Below are positions 28,914 to 38,290 of a DNA stretch of 64,000 nt, piece after piece. Both the position numbers and the translations under genes were made by a program. The stretch covers positions 1-64,000 of the forward strand of contig JBKBRF010000020.1 of the NCBI GenBank assembly GCA_046292385.1, written 5' to 3'. The stretch is from Armatimonadota bacterium (GTDB taxonomy: Bacteria > Armatimonadota > SYMT01). The notes beneath the pieces are model-generated. The model worked only from the letters and a program-made list of their open reading frames with translations. It was not told where the DNA came from and did no database searches. How positions within the stretch are numbered: the first letter of the stretch is position 1; each line of letters opens with the position of its first letter.

Positions 28914-31421
28914 ATGCGCGCAATGCGAGACCGGACTCTCTCCTTCGCGGTCTTCGTCCTGCTGGCGGTCCTGTGGATACCGGGCCGCGCCGCGGCCGCG
29001 GATTACCACCTGGCGCCGACCGGAGACGACGCCAACGCCGGCACCGGAAGCGCCCCATTCCGCACGCTCAAGAAGGGCATCAGCGTGCTGAAGCCGGGCG
29101 ATACGCTCCACGTGAAGAACGGGACCTACCCGGGCGTGGTGGAGTACGGGGCGTTCCGCTCCGGCACTTCGTGGGAAAAGCCGGTGCGGGTGGTGGCGGA
29201 GCCGGGGCATCGCCCGGTGATCGTTCCGCCGGCCGACGGTGAGGCGTGTCTCTATTTCGTCGACACGCGGTACTTCGTCCTGGACGGCTTCGTCCTCGAT
29301 TCCGCTCCCAACGGGCAGGGCGTGGCGATCACGTGGGGCACCGGCTTTCCGCAGGCGCACCACATCGAGCTGCGCAACTGCGAGATCAAGAACTCCAAGG
29401 GACAGGGAATCGGTACCGGCGGCGACGGCTGCCGGTTTATCAACCTGGACGTCCACCACAACGGGCTCGGCTCTCCCGACCCGCAGCTGCTCCACGGGAT
29501 CTATCTCACCGGGGACGACTGCCTCATCGAGGGCGGCAGCTATCACGACAACGCCGGCCACGGCATCCACGTCTACACCGGCAAGCCGCCTCACCCCGAC
29601 CGGAACGTCGTCCGCAGCGTCCGCGCCTTCGGCAACCGCCAGGGTCCCGGCATTGGCGTCTACTGGGGCACCGGCAACCGGATCTACAACAACCTCGTCT
29701 GGTCGAACGACGGTGGGATCCGCTCCAACGGTGTCGACTCCCTGGTCGCGCACAACACCGTGTACAAGAACTCGCGCTACGGCATCTACGTCGACAACCG
29801 GGGAAGCACGATCCGGAACAACATTGCGTACCTGAACCAGGACGAAGACCTCCACAACGACGAGTCGAAGGGCGCGAACACCGTCTCCCACAATCTCGTG
29901 GGCCAGGATCCGAAGCTCGTAGATGCGGCTGCCGACAACTTCCGCCTCCAGCGGGAAAGTCCCGCGATCGACGCCGGGGTGTCCGTGCCCCAGGTGAAGC
30001 GGGACATCGAAGGAACGGCCCGCCCGCAGGGAGCTGCGGCGGACGTGGGTGCTTTTGAATACCGGGCGGCTCCGCCGGTCCGGCCGGCCGGTCGGAGCGC
30101 CCAGCCTCCGGTTCGAGCCCGCGGCCCGCGCCGCGTACACCCGGACAACCCGCGCTACTTCACCGACGGATCTCGAGGCACGGATGGACGGCTGAAGGCG
30201 GTTTACCTCACCGGCTCCCACACCTGGAACGTGCTTCAGGATAACCCCGGCTCCCCGCCGTTCGACTACGCCTCCTACCTCGCACTCCTTGGAGAGCACG
30301 GCCACAACTTCTTCCGTCTCTGGATCAGGATGGGAACCGGCGGGGGGCCGCCGGCGGCCGAGCCGACGATCTACGCGCGCACCGGGCCGGGTCTGGCCGG
30401 CGACGGCAAGCCGAAGTACGATCTCTCCCGCTTCAACGAGGCGTTCTTCCAGTGCCTCCGCTCTCGGGTGAGGGCGGCGGGGGAGCGGGGTGTTTACGTC
30501 GCGGTCATCCTCTTCGGCGGGGACAACGTAGAGTTCCGCGGCGGTAACCCCAACTGGCCGCTTCATCCGTACCATCAGGACAACAACACCAACGGCCTGA
30601 ACGGCGACGCTAACGGAGACGGCCAGGGACTGGAGTGCTACCGGCTGGAAGTTCCGGAGCTCACCCGCTTTCAGGAAGCCTATGTCCGGAAGGTGATCGA
30701 TACGCTGGGCGACCTGGACAACGTGCTCTGGGAAGTAGGCAACGAGCTGCCCGGCACGCTCGAGTTTCAGAACCATATCGTCCGGGTGATCCGGCAGTAC
30801 GAGGGGAGGGGTAGTCGCAAGCGCCATCCGGTGGGGATCAGCACGTTCGCGGACGCTAAACCGCCGATGAAGGAGCTCCTGGAGAGCGCCGCCGACTGGA
30901 TCACCCCGGACCTGAGCGGCGGGGACTACCAGCACGATCCACCGTCTGCGAGCGGGAAGAAAGTCGTCGTGAGCGACACGGACCACCTCTGGGGGGTGGG
31001 CGGCGGTCCGGACTGGGTCTGGAAATCGTTCACCCGTGGGCTGAATCCGATCTACATGGACCCGCTGACGTGGGACCGGCGCCCGGAGGGGGGTCAGGCG
31101 GAGATGGAGGGCGCTCGCCGGGCGATGGGGCAGACCCGCCGGCTGGCGCAGCGGATCGACCTGGCGTCGATGCTGCCACAGGGCGAGCTCGCGTCGACCC
31201 GGTTCTGCCTGGCCAACCCAGGAACGGAGTACGTGGTCTATCTACCGCGAGGAGGCGAGATTACGGTCGACCTGACCGGCTCGCCGGGAGAGCTCGTCGT
31301 CAGGTGGATACACCCCACCGACGGTACCGAGGCCCCGGCGGAGCCCGCCAGCGGGGGCGGAAGGCGCGCCTTCAAGGCCCCGATCGAAGGCGCCGCCGTC
31401 CTGTACTTACGAAAGCGCTGA
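28914..31421 (+). CDS. Secreted right-handed beta-helix fused to a putative glycoside hydrolase domain (DUF6298/DUF4038-like)
   Basis: APTGDDANAGT..APFRT...PGDT...GTY; N-rich helix repeats; SPAIDAG...DVGAFEY; HPDNPRYF, LTGSHTW, WEVGNE, DTDHLWG. Confidence 0.8.
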   Translation: MRAMRDRTLSFAVFVLLAVLWIPGRAAAADYHLAPTGDDANAGTGSAPFRTLKKGISVLKPGDTLHVKNGTYPGVVEYGAFRSGTSWEKPVRVVAEPGHRPVIVPPADGEACLYFVDTRYFVLDGFVLDSAPNGQGVAITWGTGFPQAHHIELRNCEIKNSKGQGIGTGGDGCRFINLDVHHNGLGSPDPQLLHGIYLTGDDCLIEGGSYHDNAGHGIHVYTGKPPHPDRNVVRSVRAFGNRQGPGIGVYWGTGNRIYNNLVWSNDGGIRSNGVDSLVAHNTVYKNSRYGIYVDNRGSTIRNNIAYLNQDEDLHNDESKGANTVSHNLVGQDPKLVDAAADNFRLQRESPAIDAGVSVPQVKRDIEGTARPQGAAADVGAFEYRAAPPVRPAGRSAQPPVRARGPRRVHPDNPRYFTDGSRGTDGRLKAVYLTGSHTWNVLQDNPGSPPFDYASYLALLGEHGHNFFRLWIRMGTGGGPPAAEPTIYARTGPGLAGDGKPKYDLSRFNEAFFQCLRSRVRAAGERGVYVAVILFGGDNVEFRGGNPNWPLHPYHQDNNTNGLNGDANGDGQGLECYRLEVPELTRFQEAYVRKVIDTLGDLDNVLWEVGNELPGTLEFQNHIVRVIRQYEGRGSRKRHPVGISTFADAKPPMKELLESAADWITPDLSGGDYQHDPPSASGKKVVVSDTDHLWGVGGGPDWVWKSFTRGLNPIYMDPLTWDRRPEGGQAEMEGARRAMGQTRRLAQRIDLASMLPQGELASTRFCLANPGTEYVVYLPRGGEITVDLTGSPGELVVRWIHPTDGTEAPAEPASGGGRRAFKAPIEGAAVLYLRKR

Positions 31422-31581
31422 AGCCGGTGAGCGGTAGACTGGAGGATCATTGATGCAGAGCCAGAGATTCCCGGCACCTCTCGTTTTCGTCCCCGCAGCA
31501 TCGCTGCAGGCCGCTTCGGCGCGATGTCCAAAGACTGTCAGCCCGACGCGGTAGACCGCATCCGCTACGGGTGACTCCGCA

Positions 31582-33099
31582 ATGATGCGTGTGAAGCGAA
31601 GATCTCTTCTACAAGCGGCGACCACGGGCGCTCTTGCACTGGTGAACCTGATGGATCCGACACCGGGGCGCCTGGCAGCGAGCGTCTTCCGCGGTGCCGG
31701 AGCGGCGTCCGGTCCGGCGAAAGGACCGCTGCGGGTCCATCCCGATAATCCGCGCTACTTCACCGACGGAGCTGCGGGTTCGGATGGCCGGTTGAAGGCC
31801 GTCTTTCTGACCGGCTCACATACCTGGACCAACCTGATCGACCGCGGCCCTTCGGATCCGCCGCCGGCCTTCGAGTTCGAGCGGTACCTCGACCTCCTGC
31901 AGCGGCACCACCATAACTTCATCCGGCTCTGGGGCCGGCAGTTGAGCTGGTATCGGGAGTACGGGACGCGTGAGCTGCGCGCCGGCCCTCTCGCGTGGCC
32001 GCGGACCGGTCCCGGCCTGGCGCTGGACGGCAAACCCCGCTTCAATCTGGCAAAGCACGATCCCGCCTACTTCCAGCGCCTTCGGGAACGAGCCCAGGGC
32101 GCCGGTGAACGGGGGATTTACGTGTCGGTCATGCTGTTCGGCGGCTACCAGGAGGCCGAAGCGGAGTGGGCCGGGAGTCCGTTTCACCGGGATAACAACG
32201 TCAACGGCATCGACGGTGACCCCGATCAGGACGGCCTGGGGAGGGAGACACAGAGCCTCGCGGAGCTTCCCGCCGCCGTGGCCGAGCTGCAGAAGGCGTA
32301 CGTCCGGAAGGTGATCGACACGGTCGGCGATCTGGACAACGTCCTATACGAGATCTCGAATGAGAGCGGTGGCTATTCCGTCGAATGGCAGAATGACCTG
32401 ATCCGGTTCATCAAGAGCTATGAGAAGACGAGGCCGAAGCAGCACCCGGTAGGCCTCACGGCGGTGGATCTGCCTCTGGACCGGGTACGTGCGGAGCTGG
32501 ACGCCAGCCCGGCCGACTGGGTGTCGTACCTGTTTGCCGCGAAGCCGCTGGCCGGATTGGAGGCATTCGACCCTCGCAATCCCTTCGTGGCGAGCGGGCG
32601 CAAGGTCAGCATTCAGGACTCGGACCACTGGTGGGTGAAGGAGCTCTACGGCGACGCCGAGTTCGGCCGGGACTGGGTGTGGAAAGGCTTCTGCCGGGGC
32701 CACAACCCGATCCTGATGGAGCACCTCCCGCCGGTTTCGTTCCTCGACGCCGACTACCCGCTCTCCTCCACTGACCCGGGATACTCGGCCTCCCGCGAGG
32801 CGATGGGGCAAACCCGCCGATACGCGGAGCGCGTGAACCTGGCGGCCATGGCGCCGTTGCCAGACCTCGCCTCCACGGGGTACTGCCTGGCGGATCCGGG
32901 CCAGGAGTATCTCGTTTACCTCCCCGCTGGAGGCGCCGTAATCGTGGACCTGTCGGCGGCTGCGGGAGAGCTGACAGCGGAGTGGCTCAATCCGGTGGAG
33001 GGTGGAACGGCCGCCGGAACGGTTCCGGGGGGTGCGCGCCGGGAGCTGCGGGCTCCTTTCTCCGGTCCGGCTGTCCTCTACCTCGTCAAACGGAGTTAG
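31582..33099 (+). CDS. Tat-signal putative glycoside hydrolase, paralog of the C-terminal half of the upstream gene
   Basis: KRRSLLQ; HPDNPRYFTDG, LTGSHTW, YEISNE, DSDHWW, LASTGYCLADPG.EYLVYLP. Confidence 0.8.
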   Translation: MMRVKRRSLLQAATTGALALVNLMDPTPGRLAASVFRGAGAASGPAKGPLRVHPDNPRYFTDGAAGSDGRLKAVFLTGSHTWTNLIDRGPSDPPPAFEFERYLDLLQRHHHNFIRLWGRQLSWYREYGTRELRAGPLAWPRTGPGLALDGKPRFNLAKHDPAYFQRLRERAQGAGERGIYVSVMLFGGYQEAEAEWAGSPFHRDNNVNGIDGDPDQDGLGRETQSLAELPAAVAELQKAYVRKVIDTVGDLDNVLYEISNESGGYSVEWQNDLIRFIKSYEKTRPKQHPVGLTAVDLPLDRVRAELDASPADWVSYLFAAKPLAGLEAFDPRNPFVASGRKVSIQDSDHWWVKELYGDAEFGRDWVWKGFCRGHNPILMEHLPPVSFLDADYPLSSTDPGYSASREAMGQTRRYAERVNLAAMAPLPDLASTGYCLADPGQEYLVYLPAGGAVIVDLSAAAGELTAEWLNPVEGGTAAGTVPGGARRELRAPFSGPAVLYLVKRS

Positions 33100-33187
33100 T
33101 CGTGGGCGCTCACGGGCAGCGCTGGAAGGAGCGCAGGAGCCGGACGACTAACACACGCTTGCTTGATCGTCAACAGAGGGTTTCGCG

Positions 33188-33640
33188 ATGCCGGAATTCG
33201 ACGGAGTGCTTACGGGACAGGGCTGGGTCTTTATGGAGATCCCGTTCAGCGTGGAAGCGGAGTTCGGCTCGAAGGCGCGGGTGCCGGTGCGGGGCACGAT
33301 GAATGGCTTTCCGTTCCGGAACTCGGTCTTTCCCAAGGGCGACGGGACGCACCAAATGATGGTCTGCAAGGAGATCCAGCTCGGCGCCGGCGCGCGGGCC
33401 GGCGATACCGTCCGGGTAGTGATGGAGATCGACACCGATCCCCGGGTGGTGGAAGCGCCGGAGGACCTGGCGGCGGCGCTGGCGGAGAACGAGGACGCTG
33501 CCGCGGCCTGGGACCGGCTTGCTCCTTCGCACAAAAAGGAGTATGTCCGCTGGATCGAGGAAGCGAAGAAGCCGGAGACCCGCGCCAACCGCATCGCCAA
33601 GATGATCGAGAGGGTCGGCGCGGGCCAGAAGCTGAAGTAA
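33188..33640 (+). CDS. DUF1905 plus YdeI/OmpD-associated domain protein
   Basis: RVPVRGTMNG, PEDLAAAL, SHKKEYVRWIEEAKKPETRANRI. Confidence 0.88.
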   Translation: MPEFDGVLTGQGWVFMEIPFSVEAEFGSKARVPVRGTMNGFPFRNSVFPKGDGTHQMMVCKEIQLGAGARAGDTVRVVMEIDTDPRVVEAPEDLAAALAENEDAAAAWDRLAPSHKKEYVRWIEEAKKPETRANRIAKMIERVGAGQKLK

Positions 33641-33708
33641 GGCGGTCAGCGTTCGAAGGTGCGGTAGGCAGTCGCTCCGGCCCCGTGCGCGGCTCCGCGT
33701 GAAAAGAG

Positions 33709-34704
33709 CTACTTCGGGAGTCGCATCAGCGTCTCGATCTCTTCCGCTACGATCTCCACCGGGCGCTTCTCGACCAGGTACTCGTGGTCGCGGTCGTCGC
33801 GGACCCAGTGGTTGGCGCCGGTCTTCGGATCGACGACGGTGCTGCCCTCCTTGCGGAGCATCCAGAGCGGCTCGGCGCCGCGGACGGCCGCCAGCAGGGC
33901 GGTCTGGTCCCAGCTCTCCCGCGCCTTGCCGGGGCCGACGTAGAGCTCGTAGGCCGCTTTCACCGGGTGGTCGCTCGGAACGGTCTCCTGGAGGGTCTTG
34001 CCGGTGAAGACGCGCGAGCCGATCTCCCAGCCGCTGAAGCGGATCGGGGTCGGCCAGTCCGCCGCCACCCGCTGGGCCGCCGGCGGATCCTGCTCGAAGT
34101 TCCACTCCTTGCCTTCGGGGAAGCGGCCGCCCATCACGCTGAGCAGGCGCACCTTGCGCGCGACCAGCGCGCGGCCGTCGAGCGGGCTGTGCTCGTCCGG
34201 GCCGGAGTCGAGGAGGCGCGGGAGGTTGCTGAGCGGCCCGACGGCGCAGACGACCACGCTCCGGTCCGGCTGGCGGCTCAGGATCTGCCGGTAGACCTTC
34301 GTGGCGTCCGGGGCGCGGTCCCCGTGCTGCAGGTCGTTCGGGAACCGCTTCGCCACCGGCTCCGCGTACTTCGACTCCACCAGGAACCCGGGCCTGCCCT
34401 TGAGGGTGCCGATCGCGATATCCGGGCGGCCGTAGTAGGTGTTCAGCGCGTCGAGGCAGGGAGCGCCATAGGGGTTGGAGGTGCAGCAGAGCATCCCCAG
34501 GATCTTCGCCTCGCCGCGCTTCGCCAGCCCGTGCAGCAGCGCCACCGTGCCGGCATCGTCCACGTCCGGCCCGATGTCGGTATCCAGGATGATCGGCACC
34601 GCGGACCGCCGCTGCGCCTCGCTGGCGGTGCTTCCGGCCAGGAGCAGAGCGGTCGCGGCCAGTGCCGCCGCGGCCAGGATGGAGCGCGTTCCCCTTCGAA
34701 GCAT
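33709..34704 (-). CDS. Secreted nucleoside hydrolase-like protein (IU-NH family)
   Basis: ILDTDIGPDVDD, VGPLSNL, MGG, EWNF, SWD; signal peptide. Confidence 0.85.
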   Translation of the reverse strand: MLRRGTRSILAAAALAATALLLAGSTASEAQRRSAVPIILDTDIGPDVDDAGTVALLHGLAKRGEAKILGMLCCTSNPYGAPCLDALNTYYGRPDIAIGTLKGRPGFLVESKYAEPVAKRFPNDLQHGDRAPDATKVYRQILSRQPDRSVVVCAVGPLSNLPRLLDSGPDEHSPLDGRALVARKVRLLSVMGGRFPEGKEWNFEQDPPAAQRVAADWPTPIRFSGWEIGSRVFTGKTLQETVPSDHPVKAAYELYVGPGKARESWDQTALLAAVRGAEPLWMLRKEGSTVVDPKTGANHWVRDDRDHEYLVEKRPVEIVAEEIETLMRLPK

Positions 34705-34812
34705 GCCTCGTCGCCTTTCGTCCGGACCTACCGCGCCGCCGGAGCCGGGGCGGGGGTCTTCACCTTCTCGTAAGGATTACACCGGCGGTGGGGAGGAAGC
34801 CTGCCGCAGACG

Positions 34813-34841
34813 AAAAAGGGGAGCCGCGGGTGCGGCTCCCC
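34813..34841 (-). terminator. Intrinsic terminator
   Basis: 10-bp stem GGGGAGCCGC/GCGGCTCCCC with U5 on the minus strand, downstream of 34867-35205. Confidence 0.8.
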
Positions 34842-34866
34842 CCTTTGAATCGAACTGCCTGCGGCG

Positions 34867-35205
34867 CTACTCGTCGTCGCCTTTGAACTCTCGCGTCAGG
34901 TCCGCCAGCAGGTCCGGCTTGTCCAGGGAGAAGTGGAAGTCGATCTCCTCGTCCACCGAGATCTTGCCGAGCTTCTGGAACTGCTTCCGCTCGTCGGTGG
35001 AGACCTCGGACGGGATCTCCCGGAGGATCGTGTCGTCCCACTTGTCCTGCTCGATGAACTTCTCGCCCATCCGTTTGCAGCGGGAGCAGCGATACTTCAG
35101 GTACATGAAGCTGGGACCGAACACCCGGACGTACCAGCTCCGCTGCATCACGTCTTTCGCTACGATCCGCTGGCCGCAGTGGCACCGGATGAGTGTCGTC
35201 TTCAT
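34867..35205 (-). CDS. Small zinc-ribbon hypothetical protein
   Basis: RCHCG...YRCSRC; strongly biased codons; own extended -10 (TGCTATAAT, 35308-35300) and terminator. Confidence 0.8.
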   Translation of the reverse strand: MKTTLIRCHCGQRIVAKDVMQRSWYVRVFGPSFMYLKYRCSRCKRMGEKFIEQDKWDDTILREIPSEVSTDERKQFQKLGKISVDEEIDFHFSLDKPDLLADLTREFKGDDE

Positions 35206-35349
35206 TCTCAGCGATCCTTCCAGAGAAGGGGACCGGCCCCGGAATCAGGCGTCCGCGGAGGCGGCAAGGCGAGATTCCGGTATACCAAACTTACTTGAGA
35301 TTATAGCACGGGGTTTGGCGTGGGCCAAATGGGGGGTAGTATCGAATCT

Positions 35350-36231
35350 TCAGCGCTTCTTCGGTGAGGGGTCGGTCTTCCGCTCCTCGCGCAGCAGGAA
35401 TTGCCGCATCTGGCGGGGGGGCAGCTTGCGCTCCTGGCAGAGCGCGACCAGCGAGGCGGGGACCGTTTCCTCCAGGGATGCTTTCTCGTCGCTCTGCACC
35501 AGCACGGTGCGGCCCCGCTTCATCTCCTCGCGGGCGACCGGCTCGTGGGTGACGATCAGGACCTCTTTCCGGACGGCGAAGCGCCGGGTGCGGCGCTCGG
35601 TGCGGATCGTGATCGGCGTGAGGGCGGTGAGGATGCCGACGACCGGCTTCTCGTGGTCTTGCGGAAGTCCCACGCCGCCCAGCTCCTTGACCTTGAAATA
35701 GGGATCCGCGGCTTTGAGCAGCGCCCGGGCGGTCTTCGTGTCCTCCTGGGTCGGGAGCGCGTCTCCGGCGGGCCAGAGGCGCAGCAGCGCACGGACGGAG
35801 GGACGACGCGCCGGCTCCTGCGCCTCCAGCGCTTCCTCTTCCTTTTCCTTCTGCGCATCCGCCGCGGTGGGGGTGGCCTCGTCCGGGTCGGGCTGGGGAG
35901 GGGTGGGAGGCTTCGGGATGATCGGCATCACCAGCACGGCGTCGCCCACCTTCAGGTCGGACCACTTCCCCCGCTTCTGTCGCAGGTACCGCGTCTCGGG
36001 ACCGGTCTCCACGTTCACCCGCCGCGGCAGCCTGGGATTCCAGGGCCGCAGCTCCAGTCCCGCCTCGGTCCCCGTGGTAATCTCGCCGATCAGCACTTCG
36101 CGCTCCCGCTTTCCTTTACCGGCGCTCTCCGGCTCCGGCTCCTGCGCGGCGGTGAGCGCCGGCAGGGGGGCAAGGGCGGCCGTGAGGGCCAGGGTCGCAG
36201 TCGTCAGCAGGATAGGGGTGTACCACTTCAT
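35350..36231 (-). CDS. Secreted hypothetical protein with two similar beta-rich modules
   Basis: Signal peptide; related WSDLKVGDAVLV and REEMKRGRTVLV segments. Confidence 0.65.
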   Translation of the reverse strand: MKWYTPILLTTATLALTAALAPLPALTAAQEPEPESAGKGKREREVLIGEITTGTEAGLELRPWNPRLPRRVNVETGPETRYLRQKRGKWSDLKVGDAVLVMPIIPKPPTPPQPDPDEATPTAADAQKEKEEEALEAQEPARRPSVRALLRLWPAGDALPTQEDTKTARALLKAADPYFKVKELGGVGLPQDHEKPVVGILTALTPITIRTERRTRRFAVRKEVLIVTHEPVAREEMKRGRTVLVQSDEKASLEETVPASLVALCQERKLPPRQMRQFLLREERKTDPSPKKR

Positions 36232-36446
36232 AGATCGGCTCCTGGCTCCAGTCTAGCGAAATTCACCACTCCGTGAAAGCCGGCGCTGCGGGACTAAACA
36301 CGGGGGAACCGGGGCGCGGCGCGCGGGTCTTTAGTCGCGGTAAACCGATTTGGGGGCCAGATAGCTCCCGCTTGATTGGGGTAACACTCTCCAGATAATG
36401 GTCGGCGCCCCGGGCGAGCGGCCGGAGAGTGAGTGAGGATAACGAG

Positions 36447-37253
36447 ATGCGAAAGCAGTGGATGAAATACCTCTTGCCGATCCTGATGGTCGGAGCGCTC
36501 GTAGCGCCGGCCGCGCCGGCGGCGGCCCAGCGCAGCCAGGATATCGGCCAGCAGATGGAGCAGGAGTACGGCGTGCTCGGCAGCAACAGCCGCGAAGGCC
36601 GCATGTGGAACAGCATGCTGGATAACGTGGTGGACCGGGTGGTCGGCGCGGTGAACAGCCAGAAGGACCAGGGCGACTTCCGCCTGCGCAGCGCCAAGAT
36701 CCTCGGCGGCCGCAGTGAGAAGCACGACCGCGTCATGAATGCCTTCGCGCTCCCGGACGGCCGTATCTACGTCACCCTCGGCCTGCTGCGGGCCCTGCAG
36801 GACAGCCAGAAGCCGGAAGATGAGCTGGCGTTCGTGGTCGCCCACGAGGTGACGCACGTGGCGGAGCGCCACAGCCAGAACCAGCAGCAGAAGGCGATCG
36901 GCGCCGGCCTTCTCGGCGCGGTGCTGGGGGCGGTGACCAAGAGCCGGGCGGTGGACCAGGTGATCGGCCTCGGCGCGAACGCCTACGTGAGCCATTACAG
37001 CCGGGAAGACGAGTACCGCGCCGACAAGGGCGGCCTGAAGGCGATGCACCGCGCGGGGTACGATACCCGCTACGCGGCCACCATGCTGAAGCGCCTCGAG
37101 TCGAAGGGCGAGTCCCAGAACGGCTTCATCAACGGTCTGTTCGGCTCCCACCCGCTGACGCAGAACCGTGTGAACCGGGTTAAGGAGATGTCGTCGAACC
37201 TCGAGGCCGGTCGCAATATCGACGGCAAGGAGCGCCGGAACCGGCGCCGGTAG
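36447..37253 (+). CDS. Peptidase M48 family metalloprotease
   Basis: NAFALPDG, ELAFVVAHEVTH, YSREDEYRAD, SHP; signal peptide. Confidence 0.92.
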   Translation: MRKQWMKYLLPILMVGALVAPAAPAAAQRSQDIGQQMEQEYGVLGSNSREGRMWNSMLDNVVDRVVGAVNSQKDQGDFRLRSAKILGGRSEKHDRVMNAFALPDGRIYVTLGLLRALQDSQKPEDELAFVVAHEVTHVAERHSQNQQQKAIGAGLLGAVLGAVTKSRAVDQVIGLGANAYVSHYSREDEYRADKGGLKAMHRAGYDTRYAATMLKRLESKGESQNGFINGLFGSHPLTQNRVNRVKEMSSNLEAGRNIDGKERRNRRR

Positions 37254-37281
37254 ACGGTAAACGGCTGGTGCTACAATTGGG

Positions 37282-37322
37282 GAGAGGCGGTGCCGGACGA
37301 TCCGCACCGCCTTTCTTCTTTG
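37282..37322 (+). terminator. Terminator-like hairpin between the M48 gene and tpiA
   Basis: AGGCGGTGC...GCACCGCCT followed by TTCTTCTTT. Confidence 0.6.
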
Positions 37323-37357
37323 TACAGCCCTGACCTTTCGGTTCGGAGGATTCCCGC

Positions 37358-38158
37358 GTGCGCACCCCCATCATTGCCGGTAACTGGAAGATGAACAAGA
37401 CGGCCTCCGAGGCCGGCTCCCTGGTCAGCGAGATCGCGGAGGCCGCCGCGCAGTCGGCCGCGGAGGTGGTGGTCTGCCCGCCGTTCACCAGCATCCCGGC
37501 CACGCTCGCCGCCGCGGAGGGCACCGGGATCGGCGTGGGCGCGCAGGATCTCTTCTGGAAGGAGAGCGGCGCCTATACCGGCCAGGTCGCTCCCGGCATG
37601 CTGACCGACCTCGGCGTGAAGTACGTCGTCATCGGTCACTCGGAGCGGCGGGGGCGGTTCGGCGTCCCGGAAGAAGGCTTCACCCCGGAGGTGCTGGCGC
37701 TCTTCGGCGAGTCGGACACCACCGTGAACCTGAAGACGCGCGCCGCGCTGAAGCACGGGATCCAGCCGATCGTCTGCTGCGGCGAGACCCTGGCGGAGCG
37801 CCAGGCAGGCCAGACCGACGCGGTGGTGGCGGGCCAGATCGAGCGCGGCCTGGCGGAGCTCACCGCGGAGCAGGCGGCCGGGCTGGTGATCGCGTACGAG
37901 CCGGTCTGGGCGATCGGGACCGGCGAGACCTGCGCGGCGGAAGAAGCGGACCGCGTCTGCGGCGTCATCCGCGCGGAAGTCGGGCGGCTCTTCGGCCAGG
38001 AAGCGGGAGACCGGGTCCGCATCCAGTACGGCGGCAGCGTGAAGCCGGACAACGCCGCGGACCTGCTCTCCCGCCCGAACATCGACGGCGCGCTGGTGGG
38101 CGGTGCCAGCCTGAAGGCGTCGGATTTCAATGCAATCCTCCAGGCCGCCCGCGCGTAG
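37358..38158 (+). CDS. tpiA: Triosephosphate isomerase
   Basis: AGNWKMN, GHSERR, AYEPVWAIGTG, YGGSV, DGALVGGAS. Confidence 0.98.
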   Translation: MRTPIIAGNWKMNKTASEAGSLVSEIAEAAAQSAAEVVVCPPFTSIPATLAAAEGTGIGVGAQDLFWKESGAYTGQVAPGMLTDLGVKYVVIGHSERRGRFGVPEEGFTPEVLALFGESDTTVNLKTRAALKHGIQPIVCCGETLAERQAGQTDAVVAGQIERGLAELTAEQAAGLVIAYEPVWAIGTGETCAAEEADRVCGVIRAEVGRLFGQEAGDRVRIQYGGSVKPDNAADLLSRPNIDGALVGGASLKASDFNAILQAARA

Positions 38159-38290
38159 GAGTGATTTCGTGGAGCCGACGGACGGAGCTGTTGAGACAGA
38201 GATGAGCGGCACCTGCGTCGCTTTATACGGCTCCGTCCGTCGCCTCGTCGACGGGCATTCCCGCGGTCGCGGGGCCTCGACGGGAACGCC

